Source: Octopus vulgaris
Lineage: Eukaryota
NCBI GenBank assembly: GCA_951406725.2
Contig: OX597816.1
Coordinates: forward strand, 159,898,001 to 159,962,000
Length of the DNA: 64,000 bases
Direction: 5' to 3'
The notes beneath the pieces were generated by a model. That model searched no databases and was not told where the DNA came from. It saw nothing but the letters and a program-made list of their open reading frames with translations. Each line of letters begins with the position of its first letter. The first letter of the stretch is position 1. Below, piece after piece: positions 36,686 through 51,163 of this stretch. The position numbers and the translations under genes were made by a program.

Positions 36686-39600
36686 TGTGTGTGTATGTGT
36701 ACATGAATGTGAATGGCTTTCCTCATCACCACTTGAGTGAATTCTTTGCTGACATTGTGACCAGTTGCTTTGTGCTTTCAAAGACCTGTGGAATTGAAAG
36801 AAAAACCCTTAGTTGAAAAATCCTCAATCATACCCTATTGAGGAAATGGGTATAAAATGAATGAACAAACATCTCCAGTGAATTTGATGTTTTTGTTATG
36901 TTGAATTGGACTACAGCTTTTTACCTTGGATCCCAATACCATATCCAAATAGGCAATTCATTTGTACAAACTAGTTAATGTGGTGGTCATATCTAGAATG
37001 TTGTTCATATGGCGAAGTACAAGCCACCACCACTACCACAACAGACATACAAGCTACATATACATTTTGAAAGGGAATTTCTGTGTGGTCATTCAACTTG
37101 CTAGAAATAATGGTTGAATCTCCTTCAAATCTTGACCCACACTTTTTAAAGAAAGGACTACATTAGATGATACAGTTTTATGTGGTACTAAGAAGATGAA
37201 ATGGTCGTGGACGGAATTCTTTTGATTATAGGTCTACTCATTTGGAACTGATCTGGTGACTAAACAACAAAGACATCATCATCCAAAATTCTGAATCCTC
37301 TAGGTTCTTCCCCGTCTTAGTCTGTTCCATCCCAACAACAATTCTGGTTTGGCAAAATGGAAAATACTACTAGAATCTGGAAACGAAGGCAACACTTTTG
37401 AAAATAGTGGTTATTAACATGTTGGATGTCATCAAGCAGGCCTATAATCAATTACTCCAACCATGGCTATCCTTACTTTTATTTTAAGTGTAAGATTATA
37501 TTATCCTCTGTGACTGCATTCTTTTTTTTTTTTTTTTTTGACAGCAGATGCTTTGAGGAGAATAATAGTTGGTTATTTTTAGTAGCGTGAGCCATCACAG
37601 GCGGGTTTCCTCATTGGTTCAATCACAATGTTTGTTCATTATTATGAGTCACAATTTGGTTACTGCTTAAAATTATTTTTCCTAAAATAAAAATTTAAAA
37701 AATCTTTTGATAGTTAACCCAGTTCTGTGGCTATTCTCTTTCTATAATTTTTACTTTGTATGGAATAAGAATGACCAGTTTTGGGTTTGATTTATAATGC
37801 ATTTAATTAAAAAGTTACTTCTGGTGTATATTGGAAATGTAATATGTATGGGTGGAGGTGTGGCTATATGGTAAGAAGTTTGCTTCCCACTCACCTGGTT
37901 CTGGGTTCAGTCCCACTTCATGGCACCTTGGGTAAGTGTCTTTTACTATAGCCTCAAGCCAACCAAAGCCTTGTGAGTGGATTTGATAGACAGAAACTGA
38001 AAGAAGCCCAGTTTATATATATATATATATATCATTACCAATGTCGCCTTACTGGCACCTGTGCTGGTGGCATGTGTAAAAGGATTCTATCGAGGTCATT
38101 GCCAGTACTGCCTGACTGGCCCCCATGCTGGTGGCACATAAAAAGCACCCACTACACACTTGGAGTAGTTGGCGTTAGGAAGGGCATCCAGCTGTAGAAA
38201 CTCTGCCAAATCAAGATTGGTGCCTGGTGCAACTATCTGGTTCGCCAGCCCTCAGTCAAAATAGTCCAACCCATGCTAGTATGGAAAGCGGACGTTAAAC
38301 AATGATGATGATGATATATATATTGTTGCTGTTATTTAAAAGTGTCATAAGTCCAAAACGTTGCTTTTTTAGAAAACAAAAAAATACTTTCACCATTCCA
38401 TTCCTTTTTTTTACATTAACAACAGTTTCAGCTAAAACAATAATACTTTGTTGGGTGCATAAAATCATAACTCCATGCACGTATGATATTTTCAGTTAGA
38501 AATGTTTTTGCAAAGCTGTCATATGTGGGACTTACTACACTTTTGAAAAATACTAAACCGTTGTACTACACTTTGATAATTTTCATCTGGAGCAGCTGGC
38601 AATACAATAAGTTTGACCAAAAGAACCAGCTATTGCAAGCAAAAATAAATATTGAAAAAAAAAACATTTGGCCAAATTTGGACATATGACAGTTTAACAC
38701 ACACACACACACACATGTATCTCTTTGCATCTGTGTCTGCCCCCCCCCCCCAGCTTGACATCAAGTGTTGGTTTATTTACATTCCTGTATCTTAGCATTG
38801 AGGAAAAGGAAACCGATAGAATGAGTACTAGGCTTTAAAAATGCAGAAAATGAGATGTCTCCTGGGATGAATTCTTTTGACGAAAATATTCTACAAGGCA
38901 GTGCCCCAGCATGGCCACAATCTAATGACTGAAACAAGTTAAAGATATAGGATATGTTCATTCATTTTCGTTTTTATGTCCATTTTATCATTCTGGCATG
39001 GGTTAGACAAATCTGTCATCAAGGCATTGTTTTGCAGCTCGATGCCCTTCCTGTCTCTAAGACTTGTTTTCTTTTTTTTTTTTTTAGTAAGGGGTTTCTT
39101 ATTCACACATTTTCAAAAGCATAAAGCTGTCAGTTCCCTTCTTGACAGGGAATTGACAGCAAATATCCATTTTGAATAGTTTTAGAGGAGCTGGTAAAGC
39201 CAGGGGCTGCACCAGGCTCCATAGTCTGTGTTTGCCATGGTTTTTACAGCAATCACTTTACAGAGTGTACTGGGCACTTTTTATGTGACACCAGCACAAG
39301 TGCTTTTTATCTGGCATCAGCACCAGTGCTATTAATGTGGCACCATATCTCGTGTTGTGCTTTTTTGCTATACACACTACCAAAATTTTTTGACTCTGGG
39401 TCCAGATATACATTCCATTCCTATATTCTTGTTATGTTAAATTGTATTATCAGAGCAGGGACAGACTAGGTTGTTATGGAAAAGAGTTGCATAATATTAG
39501 AATAAAGACAAAACTAAATGTTGGTATTTTGAATACATTTAATATACGTGTTCCTTTTCTGATTAAATATATGTTAATCAAGAGTAGATTATTTATAATA

Positions 39601-40846
39601 GTTTCTGTCTACTGTAATTTGTATATTATGCAAATAAAAGTAACTGGAGAACTATTGATATTTTAAAGTCGATAGTTGTATAGTAGACTGTTACAAGATA
39701 ACTGCTGATGGAGCCTTTTAGCTCCATCTACCTGACACCACTTCTGCTGATTCTTTCATATAAAACCACCTGTTTCAGCTTATTTGATATTTCAGTTAAA
39801 ACTGCCCATCATTAATTTTATGTAAGAATAGAGAGATATTGTTGTCTCAAATATCAGCAAAATCTATTGAATAATGAGCCAAAGAGGCAATATCTACACA
39901 ATCAAACTGCTCAAAATAGCAACCAAATTGCATTTTACTATCTTGAAAGAGAAGGGTCAGATTGGGTTATGTAGAGGAAAAACAAGCTAAAACAAATAGC
40001 TAAGTCTAAATGAGATGGAAGAAAATAAAAGTAGAAAGCTTAGATAATTATCAGCCCTTAATTTATTAAATTAATGACACAAACCAATTAGAGACCTATA
40101 TCATAGCCTGTTTATTCACATCTGTTGTATTGTACTCAAGAAGACCTGCCCACCACAAAAAAAATTTGTATGCAAAAACAGATGTGCCACATAAAAAGTA
40201 TTGGTGTTGGTGCCACATAAAAAGAACTGACAATGGCGCTACATAAAAAAGCACTCTGTACATTGTGGAGTGGTTGGCATTAGGAAGGGCATCCAGCTGT
40301 AGAGGTCAAGCCAAAACAGGCTATAGAACTTGGTGTGGCCCCTGGTCCCACCAACTCCTATCCATGCCAGTGTGGGAAACAGGCGTTAAATAATGAAGTG
40401 TGGGGACATTTTGAATTTGTGGTCTTTATACAGTTTGGCTACAAATTAAAAAATAAAAAAAACATGATCATAATTGGATTGCCTTTGGTGGTTGGGACCA
40501 ATCTTCTACTTCTTCACCAGATATGCAGGGTGTGGCAGCGGCCATTATAGTATTGCTGCATCAGACCCTCAAATATTACTGATCTTTCATGCTTGCATTA
40601 TTTTTCTACAACCTCACTTTGATTCATTCATCTTGTTAATATCTGTTTTTCCTATGCTAGCAGGGTCGATGGGGTGGGCATGGTTTATACAGTCAGATGA
40701 TCATCATCTCACCAGCCCACCTGTTTTTCAAGTATGAGATTTGTTCAGATCCGGTAGGTGTTTGAAAACAAACAGTCGTAATGTCAACAAGGAAAGTAAA
40801 CATCAAAGCAGTGTTTTGCTCCCACAAAGCTGAGGAGTGTCATTCA

Positions 40847-40891
<45 letters not shown>

Positions 40892-43619
40892 TCATGCATA
40901 TATATAGATATATATCATCATCATCATTGTTTAACGTCCATTTTCCATCCTGGCATGAGTTGGACAGTTTGACTGAGGTCTGGAGAGCCAGCAACTGCAC
41001 CAGGCTCCAGTTTGATCTGGCAATGTGTCTACAGCTGGATGCCCTTCCTAATGCCAACCACTCCAAAAGTGTAGTGGATGCTTTTTACATGCCACCGGTA
41101 TGGGAGCCAGTCAGGGAGTATAAGTACAGGACATCACCAACAAGTGAAAAATACGTAAACACATAGTGAGGACAATATATATATACACACACACATACAG
41201 TGGACTTTCTACAGTATTTCCTCCTGCAAATTTACTTACAAGGCATTGTTAAGCCTAGGGCTACAGTAGAAGATGCTTGCCTGAAATGCTGTGTAGTGGG
41301 ACTGAACTTGAAAACTTGTGGTTGGGAAGCAAACTTCTTGACCACACAGCCATGCCTTTGCCTGGTTGTAAATACTTAAAAAACTGTTTGGAACCCTGTT
41401 GAATAGATTGTACCTGTCTGTCATGTAAATGTTCAGCTTTCTCACACACAGTCAGACTGTCTCTGATGATTACATTAATAGTAGAGATGACTGTGGAATA
41501 CTCAACCACATACTAATTCAATGAGCAGTTAGTACAATTAATTGAACTACTCATTGTTCAAATCAATTAAGATCCATTACTTCTAATGTAGTAACCACCA
41601 ATTATGTGAGAGTGCATGGATTAGTGGTTAGGGTGTTGCACTCACTATCATGAGATTGTGGTTTCAATTTCTGGACTGGGTAGTGTGTGTATTCTTGAGC
41701 AAAATACTCCATTTCACTTTGTTCAATCATTTTGTCACTTGATGTAAGATACACAGTATGCCTGTTGATTTGATTTGATTTGATGGAAGGAGCTGAGCTT
41801 ATGTACATCACATACATTTAATCACCATGTGGCACTTTGGGTAGGTGTCTTCCACTATAGCCCCGAGCCGACCGGAGCTTTGTGATTGAATTCGGTAGGT
41901 GGAAGTTACTGCCATGTGTGTATGTGTGCGTATAGCTGCTCAGTGCCTCTCCGAAAGAGAGAGAGGGAACCAATTCATTTGTGTAAGTTGTTCTGCAATT
42001 AATTGCTTAATCATCTTCGACGGTGAGAGACTATCATACTTACACGCATACTGTATCCATCTATTAAGTTTACATGTTGTAATAGATAATAGACAGCTAG
42101 CCATTTATCTTTTGACATCGTATACAGTCATTTTGATAACGATCTGCATCTGCCAGAGACTGTCTTTGGTTTCATTGCAAAACCTGTCATTTTCATAGTG
42201 TTTGTATTTACATCCAAGACATCCATCAAAATTTTGGTCAGGCATTTTGTTATGGTTCCAAGACCAGTTTCCTCATGAAATTATTTATTATTTTCAAAAT
42301 TAATTAAAACGTATTGGCAGTGTATTTTGTAGGAAATAAGGATTAAAATTGGAAAGACATTAATTTGTGATAATTCAAAATAATAATGATGACAAAAATT
42401 AAAGTAACCACCATCTTTGATGGTATAAAAGACACACATATATGGAGTTAGACCTATATTACATTTTTTAGTATTCAAAAAAATTCTCTTTTTTCCTGAA
42501 CATGTCCTGCTGAAATTGATGCATCTAATAAACCCCAGGTGTCTGTTTATGCCATCAAATATGGTAATATTTAAAACTCTGTGTATCATTAAATGAATAC
42601 AGACTTTTAGAAGGCTTGAAGCTGTGAAAGCCCCCAAAAAAGACGAAATACATCTGTTGTTCAATTCTATATTTCTGAGGTGAGGAATTTATATTATGTG
42701 CCCTATTTACACCAATCTTCTTCAGATGTCTCATGTTGAACTCGATTGTTGTATTGGAATTTCGAACCTGACAACCGAGTTCAACACAAGACACCTGAAG
42801 ATGGCTGGAGTGTACAACAGCCAAAACATAGTTAAAGCAACAATCAAAATGAGGACACCAGTCCAGCCGATATAAACAGTAAACATAACATCTGTTGTTC
42901 TTGTGAATCACTGCAATGATGATGTCCATGTTGTTCTGATTTATAATGTTTTTAATACGAGTCTTAGAAGAGATTTTGTCTCACATAATTTCGCAGCTTC
43001 ATGCCTTCTAACAGCATGTGTACATTTAGTCAGTACCCTGTCACCACCATCTCCATCTTCCTTCCAGTTACTCTCACCCTCCCTCTGCATAATGCAGGGT
43101 AGCTATGTATCTCCTTTATAGCAAGACACTTGTGCTTGTTCCTCTATCATACTTTAGCCTTCAGTGCCCATCATTAAACCACCTCTCTCAGACATACTCC
43201 AACTCATTGACAGGGATTTGTTTTCTTTTCTCCTTTCTTTGTCATGCAAATTACTTGGTGACCTCACTGATGCTGGTGCCACATAAAAAGCACCCAGTAC
43301 ACTCTCTAAAGTGGTTGGTATTAAGAAGGGCATCAAGCTATAGAAACCATGCCAAATCTGACATTGAGGCCTCATGCAGCTCTGCATCTCATCAGACCCT
43401 GTCAAACCATCCAATTCATCCATACCAACATGGAAAATGGACATTAACTGTCTAGCATTCAGATTACTCTATCAAATGTAATGCTTATTTATTCACATCC
43501 TGTTCAGTGAATTATGCATCACCTCATAGATTCAAGATTTCAATAATATAATTGTTTATTTTTAAAATAACATTGTAGGGTAGGTGTGAAAGGGTTAAAT
43601 GATGATTGTAGTGATTTTA

Positions 43620-43690
43620 ATTATATTTGTCGTTATTTTCTTTTTCTTCATTTGGTTTGATTCTCTTTTTTTTTATCTCTTTCATTGCAG
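43620..43690 (+). promoter_or_regulatory. Polypyrimidine tract and 3' splice acceptor before the transporter exon
   Basis: TTCTCTTTTTTTTATCTCTTTCATTGCAG|AATG. Confidence 0.75.
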
Positions 43691-43691
43691 A

Positions 43692-44759
43692 ATGATTTCA
43701 GTAACAAGAAGCAGGATTAAAGACGGTGAAATATGGAGAGTGACAAGCGTTATTTTCCTTTATTGGATTGTATCTTTGTCTCTTATCTTTGTGAACAAGC
43801 ACATTTTGAGCGGCAGCTTCGGGAACTATGACATGTCAATATTTGTAGCCTGGTATCAATGCTGCACGGCTTCTATCATGATTTTCCTGGCTGGACTCGT
43901 GTTCAACTTCATGAAATGGTCTTTCCAGATTCCTACAGTTCACCCAAGGACGCTTTTGGAACAGGATATTTTGATTCTGTCCTATACCTTCGTCGGGGGT
44001 TTAACTTTAAACAATTTGATGCTTAAGCACATTAGTGTAGCATTTTACCAAGTGGCTCGCTCATTCACATTAGTCTTTACTGTTATGCTGTCAGTTTACA
44101 TACTTTGTAAACCATTTACACGTAAAGTTCTTCTCTGTTGTTTCTTGGTGATTGGTGGGTTCTCACTGAGTGTGAAAGAAGAGGATGTTTCAGGTACCTT
44201 ATCATTATGGGGTATCCTCTATGGAATTGTTGCTAGTTTTTTTGTTGCACTTTGTGGAATCTATCTAAAAAAGGGAGAGAAAATAGTTATGGGAGACACT
44301 TTAAAATTGACTTATTGCAATAGCATCAATGGAGCCATTATCTTCATTCCTTTAATATATAGCTCAGGGCAGTTATCTATGGTGCTTAATTCACCGACAT
44401 TTTACGACCCATGGTTTTGGATATTTCTTACCTGTTCAGGACTGTTAAGTTTAGGCATTGGCTGGGCCAGTGCTCTTCAAATCAAATATACTTCCCCAGT
44501 GACCCATCACATAAGTATAAATGCAAAGTCAGTAGTTCAGACTATTATGGCTGTGTTGTACTTTCAGGAACAGAAATCTTTTCTGTGGTGGTGTGGAAAC
44601 CTCCTTGTTGTTTCGGGTATAATGGTTTACGCCTATGAAAAGATCTATTCTAATGAAAATGAGAAAGTCAGATCACCTTTACCACCAATTAGTTCAGGAA
44701 GTAGCCACAATAACGAAGACAAAAATGAACCATCGACTCCTCGAATGTTCTATCCTTAA
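43692..44759 (+). CDS. SLC35C1: GDP-fucose transporter 1-like nucleotide-sugar transporter (SLC35C1 family), 355 aa, single coding exon
   Basis: Hydrophobic multi-pass protein with family motifs YWIVSLSLIFVNKHIL, FVAWYQC, NNLMLKHISVAFYQVARSFTLVF and LQIKYTSPVTHHISINAKSVVQT. The first 31 aa of the ORF-track entry are intronic. Whether it is the orthologue or a paralogue is not established. Confidence 0.88.
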   Translation: MISVTRSRIKDGEIWRVTSVIFLYWIVSLSLIFVNKHILSGSFGNYDMSIFVAWYQCCTASIMIFLAGLVFNFMKWSFQIPTVHPRTLLEQDILILSYTFVGGLTLNNLMLKHISVAFYQVARSFTLVFTVMLSVYILCKPFTRKVLLCCFLVIGGFSLSVKEEDVSGTLSLWGILYGIVASFFVALCGIYLKKGEKIVMGDTLKLTYCNSINGAIIFIPLIYSSGQLSMVLNSPTFYDPWFWIFLTCSGLLSLGIGWASALQIKYTSPVTHHISINAKSVVQTIMAVLYFQEQKSFLWWCGNLLVVSGIMVYAYEKIYSNENEKVRSPLPPISSGSSHNNEDKNEPSTPRMFYP

Positions 44760-45764
44760 AATAAATTAATTTGAAGTTTTATTACCTGTTTGATCAAATG
44801 GAGACTACCATATATTGCTTTCTTTTACAGCTATTTCATCAATGACAATTCTTCCTTATATTTAAAAAAAGAAAAAAAAGAAAAACAAGACTGCATAAAA
44901 ACTCTGTGTCATCTTTCCTGTTTCATTCTTTCATGAAATATGTATTTTTTTTTCTATTTTTCTTTGTTGAATTCACCTCCTTTTTCCCCCACCAAATTGT
45001 ATTCCACACACGTTTTTAATGAACGGGTTTGTGTATGTGTGTGCATGTCCATACATACACATAGGCGCACACACACACACAGTAGGTGAGAGCTAGATAT
45101 GCTCTATATAGAAAATATGTAGCATTGCTCAAAAGGATTTAGACTGAAACTTTGAATTCTTCATCCTGGGCAAGGCATGTGCCATCAAGAATGACTATAA
45201 GAAAAATCCAGATGAAGCTGATATGAAACAGTTAAACTTGAAAGAAATATATTTTCATGGAGTACAAAAAAATACAGAATGAAAGTACACTATGAGATTA
45301 TGATAATTATGTAACTCTGGGCTTCCTGAAACAGCTGTTGAGTTATGAAATTACATATTTTCTTAGTCTGTGCTTTTATTCTGTATTTTCTTGTGCTCCA
45401 TGTTAATCTATTTATATCAAACCCAACTGTGCTTATCTCCATTATTATCTCTATACATATAATATATGCATATATATGTATATATATGCATGTATATGTG
45501 CATATGTATATATGTATGTGTATGTATATTTGTATATATATATATGTATGTATATATATGTATATACATAATAGAACAACCAGGATAAACAGAACTCAAT
45601 ACATGCATATGTATATATATGTGTGTGTGTGTGTGTTATTTTCAAATGGCAGAAAGTTAGAAAACTTAACTGGTGAGTTGAAAGTTTTGTGCATGACATT
45701 TACCGAGTGGTGAGTTTATACAACGACATGTTGGCTCTTGAGTCCCTTTGTCACTTCTGCCAAT

Positions 45765-46480
45765 TCACACACACACACACACATATATAACATATACATA
45801 TTGTGTGTGTGTGTGTGGATGTATGTGTATATATGTATGTATGTATGTGTGTTTGTGTGTGTATATATATGCATGTGTATGTATGTATGTATGTGCATAT
45901 ATGTATATACATGTATGTATATGTGTGTATGTATACATGTATGTATATGTGTGTATGTATACATGTATGTATATGTGTGTATGTATATGTGTGTGTATGT
46001 ACATACATGTATGTATATGTGTGTGTATGTACATACATGTATGTATATGTGTGTGTATGTACATACATGTATGTATATGTGTGTGTGTATGTACATACAT
46101 GTATGTATATGTGTGTGTGTATGTACACATGTATGTATGTGTGTGTATGTACACACATGTATGTGTGTGTATGTACACACATGTATGTATATACGTGTGT
46201 ATGTACACACATGTATGCATATACGTGTGTATGTACACACATGTATGCATATGTGTGTGTATGTACACACATGTATGTATGTGTGTATGTACACACATGT
46301 ATGTATGTGTGTGTATGTACACACGTATGTATGTGTGTGTATGTACACATGTATGCATATACATGTGTATGTACACACATGTATGCATATACATGTGTAT
46401 GTACACACATGTATGCATATACATGTGTATGTACACACATGTATGCATATATGTGTGTGTATGTACATACATGTATACAC
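45765..46480. repeat. Complex TA/CA/TG microsatellite grading into a 30-bp minisatellite
   Basis: The unit GTATGTACACACATGTATGCATATACATGT repeats near 46350-46450. Confidence 0.9.
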
Positions 46481-49400
46481 CCATAATCATGCACACAATT
46501 TATTTTTAGGAAGATATTTTGTGTTTTTATTTTTACTACAATATTTGGATTTTTTTAAATAGAATTTAGTTTAGTTAAAAGGTAAACCAAAGAATTAGCT
46601 ACTTCACAGACAATCAATATTAATGTATAATCCTTGCTAGTCTCAGGATTTTTACAAAATATGCCGTGAAGAATTTTTAGTACACCACTTCTAGTTCTCG
46701 TGTTTTACATTGGTTTTAAATTCAGCCATCGTAAGTTAATAATTTAGCTTTTATGAAAACAATCTTCAGACCTTTGACAATTAAGAAAAAGAATATTTTG
46801 TGTAATATTTCCCAAAGTTTCTATTTCTTTTTCCTATGCTTATTTGAAATACACTACAAAGGCTGTGTTTGAATCGGTCGTTTCAGTACGTACTGATGCT
46901 AGCTTTAGTTAACTTACTTCAGATTTCTACTGTTATCACATACCTATCAACTAGCTCTTTGCTGTTTGTATAATTTCTCGAGAAACTATTTTCTGGGTTC
47001 TTTAACAACGCAACAACAGTGGTTTACTGTTTGCACGTTTCCACTGATTTCACAGCTCTCTGCTAAAACACAGCAAGTACAATTAACTCTGCTAATAATA
47101 GACAAGTGTTTATTTTTGGAATGTTCTAATGATATTCGCAGCCAAGGCACTATCTACTATAAGACTTTTATTATCTACAATTACACATTATTGTGACTGT
47201 CAGAGTGCAACTTGTTATACGGATGCAGCATACGAGAAGGCTGTTGTCTGACGTCTTACTCTTGCCATCATGGACAAAGATATTTGCTATGGAGTGGACT
47301 TGAGGAGGAAGCAGGCAAGAATAGATATTCCAGCCGGGTGGAACACTTTGTTCAAAGCACTTGTTCTTTTCACTCCAAATCAAAAACACAACAGTGTTAG
47401 TCTTTGTATGAATGATTTATCATCACAGATGTACTTTTGTCAGACAAATACTTCTTTTATTATTTAGAAGAAACATTCACCGATTGTTAGTATTATCTAA
47501 AAACAAACTCTAGTTAAAGTACTTTCACAAATTCTTATACTTATCTAAATATTGTAATTGATTTCAGTTTTTTGTTTTTTGTTATGTGTATATTCATTTC
47601 GTGGGGGGAAAATTAGTCATAAGCAGTTTTTTTTTTATTACTGAAAAAACAAAATTTTTTCCATATTAAATTTTTGTAACTTATTAACTTTACCACCCAA
47701 CATTAGTATCACAATAGTTTCCCTTTATCTTACTTATTCCTCCAACTGTGTTGAGGTCTTGCAAGCAGTACCTGTACATGCATTTATAAAAACAGTGTAA
47801 CAACAAACATGCCGTACTTCAGCAGTTAAAACCTTAATATTTGAAATCTCAGTGGCATGAACACTATGCAAAAGGAAATCTGGTGAACCTGAGTCTGTCT
47901 GCAAGACAAGTCTGTGATATTGAGTCCTGGCTAAAGCCATTTCATTTCACATAGTCTGGTAATGCTTTTGAGAAAGGCATCAAATTCACATACTCTCATT
48001 GCTCTCAATTTTTTGTCTTTTGTGCCTAATTAAGAAATCTCTACATTTGAACTTCCATATACAAGTTGTATTTAAACACATCCTTACTTCATACACACAC
48101 ACACACACACACAGAGTCAGTGTTTGACAACTAACTATATCGTCCTATTCTTTGCTCTGACTAGTGATTATTTTAACTAATTAACTACTAATTATGGAGG
48201 GACAACGATTTGTAATATTCTTATCAAAAGTAAATACACTAAGACCTTTTTATCTTTTTATTTTATTTTTTTTTAATAAACTATTTCACAGTGGGAAATT
48301 GCTTTGGATGCAATATCTCTTCTTCTTCCCCACCCCCACCCTCATTTATTTTTTATTTAAAAAATTTCTTTTTCTTTTTTTTTTCTATCTCTTACTAGCA
48401 ATGGGAAATGTACTTCTGGTAAAGAAATTCCTAACTTTTGCATCTCCATTGGTTTGTATGGAACTAGACAGCTAATTTATTTAATTTTTTGTTTTAATTA
48501 TCTATTATGTTTTGCTCAGTCTTGTTTCATCAAATCTATACAAGATCAACTAATTAATTGCCAGAAGACTTGAGGGTATTGTATAGTTTTTGTTGATTTT
48601 CTTTAACAATTGAAATGCTTGTTATTATGTGCTGATTTCTTTTGTTTATTTTTATTTAAAAAGATTTGGATGATTAAAAAAAAAACTGTAAAATCAAAAA
48701 GAACTTTGTTAAACTTTGAAAAAAAAAAAAAAGATTCCTCTGTAGTTGTTTGATAAAATGTTTGACTAAACTATTTTGTCAGACATTTTTCATTGCTCAA
48801 CCTTTATTTGCTTCTACATTTCTCTTTTTTTCCCCAAAAAACGTTTGTTGTTTTATCTAATTAAAAAAGAAATCTATTTTATATGAATTTTTATTTATTT
48901 ATGTATGTCTTTTCTCTTAAAACTGTGTGAATGATTTCTATTTATTCTTACCTTGTATCTTGAGAGTTCACCTAGACACCACCACATCAGCTTTTGATCT
49001 CTTTCCAGCTTCATCTTGGTCACTCCCATCCTCCCTTTTAAACTGTAAGTAACCATGTAGCTTCTCTACAGCAAGAGAACCTGTTATCCTTGAGCTCCTT
49101 CTATCATACAGCAGCCCTTCATCTCTTAGCATGAAGCCAACTTCTCGCGTTTCATAGTCTTGTGAGTTCCATGGCAACCTCACTAGTGCTGGGGGCATAA
49201 TAAAAAGCACTCACAACATATAGTAAAATAGTTGGCATTAGGAAGGGTATTCAGTCATAGAAACCATGCTGAAACAGACGCTGGAGTGAGCAACTGATGC
49301 TGGACTGGTTGGTGACAGGTTGTATGATTGCCAGCGAGGTGACTTTCCAAGTTGAGTAGGAGTGTGACACAAGCAAGGAAGCCACGAGCATGAGTACAGG

Positions 49401-51077
49401 TGAAGCCAATTGAGTGCACATCTCAGAGGTAGCAGCATATATTCTTTCCTACTCTAGGCACAAGACCTAAAATTTGGGGGAGGGTGCAGTTGATTAGATC
49501 AACCCCAGTATGCAACTGGTACTTAATTTATCAACCCCGAAAGGATGAAAGGCAAAGTCGACCTCAGCAGAATTTGAACTCAGAATGTAAAGACAAACAA
49601 AATACCACTAAGCATTTTGCCCGGCATGCTAACGTGTCTGCCAGTTTACCACCTTAGATAGCAGTATATATTGAACAGACCTTGGAGACCTGCTGCAGTC
49701 CTTGAGCCTATTGCATCCTGTCAAACTGTCCAACCCATGCCAGCATAGAACATGGACATTAAATGATGATGTTGATGATGAAATTTTGTTACTATATACT
49801 TCCTTTCTATCATGAATGGCAATCTATAGGTCCTATTTCTAGGATGGCATGGAAGAAGCCAAGTTATTCAATTATCAGTTTGTAATATATATATATGTCT
49901 GGCAAAGAGATACTGATACAATAAGTACTGGGGTTGATTTGTTTGAGTAAACCTTTTGAGGTGGTGCTCCAGCATGGCTGCAATCCAATGACTGACACAA
50001 GTAAAAAATAAAAGATAACTCTACATCATCATCATCATCATCATTGTTTAACATCTACATTCCATGCTGGCATGGTTTGGACAGTTTGACTGAGGACTGG
50101 AAGCCAAGAGGCTGCATCAGGCTTCAATCTGATCTGGCAAGGTTTCTACAGCTGGATGCCCTTCCTAACGCCAACCACTCTGAGTGTAGTGGGTGCTTTT
50201 TACGTACCACCAGCACTTTTTACATGCCGCTAGAACGGGAACCAGTCAGGCAGCACTGAGCTCAGTATTTAGCAAATTCTCTAGAATAAGTTCCAGATCA
50301 TCTTGGAATCTTACCTGTGATAGATAAGGCTGGTCTACTCTACTAGAAATCATTTATCCCTCATTCACTTAACGACATGAATCTGGAGCTAACTGGCATT
50401 TACCCTCAAGAGCCCTTTGGAACTTTGGACATGTTTCAAATTCTTCTAATATGGTATTCTTTAATTTGAAAATTCTGCTTCCAAATTAAAATGTTCAAAC
50501 ATCCACTTGCTATTGTTACTTTAGTCATCGTTTTTAACATCTACTTTTCCATGCTCCTGTAGGTTGGACTGAATTTGTTAAGGTGGATTTTTTCTGCAGC
50601 AGGATGATACTCTCCTTGTTGCCAACCCTCACCTGTTTCCAATTAAGGTAACATTTCTCCATGACCTGGCATGTTTTCGCTGAAGGATGGAAACCACAGA
50701 CACCACCTGCATAATGGTGATACTTATTTTACAAATATTATGCAAAGTCAAGGCAAGGAGACAGTAACATACAGACACACACACAATGGGCTTCTTGGCT
50801 TCTTTCAGTTTCTGTCTACCAAATTCAGTCACAATGCTTTGGTTGGCCTTGGGCTGTAATAGAAATTTATTCCCAAGGTGCCATGCAGTAGAACTGAACT
50901 CAAAACCATGTGGTTTGAAAACAAACTTCTTATCACAGACATGCTTGTGCCTATTGTCATTGTATCTACATAAAATCAAGGCCCAGGACTCTGCGAGATG
51001 TCCCAAGTAATTTAGCTACTTATAATTTAGATGAAGACATTGTAACCGACTTCATTATGTTTGTTTTTAATCTATAC

Positions 51078-51163
51078 CAGTGGTTCCCAACCTGGGGTCT
51101 CTGAAGCATATTAAAAGGGATCCATGGGAAAACTAATTTAAATAAAAGGGTTAGGAACCACTG
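51078..51163. mobile_element. 86-bp hAT (Charlie-like) MITE with 8-bp TSD
   Basis: CAGTGGTTCCCAACC ... GGTTAGGAACCACTG; TSD ATCTATAC at 51070-51077 and 51164-51171. Confidence 0.85.

Noticed and set aside
43599-43691. N-terminal 31-aa hydrophobic extension of the transporter ORF
   Set aside because: It is the translated polypyrimidine tract ending in TGCAG, so it is intronic.
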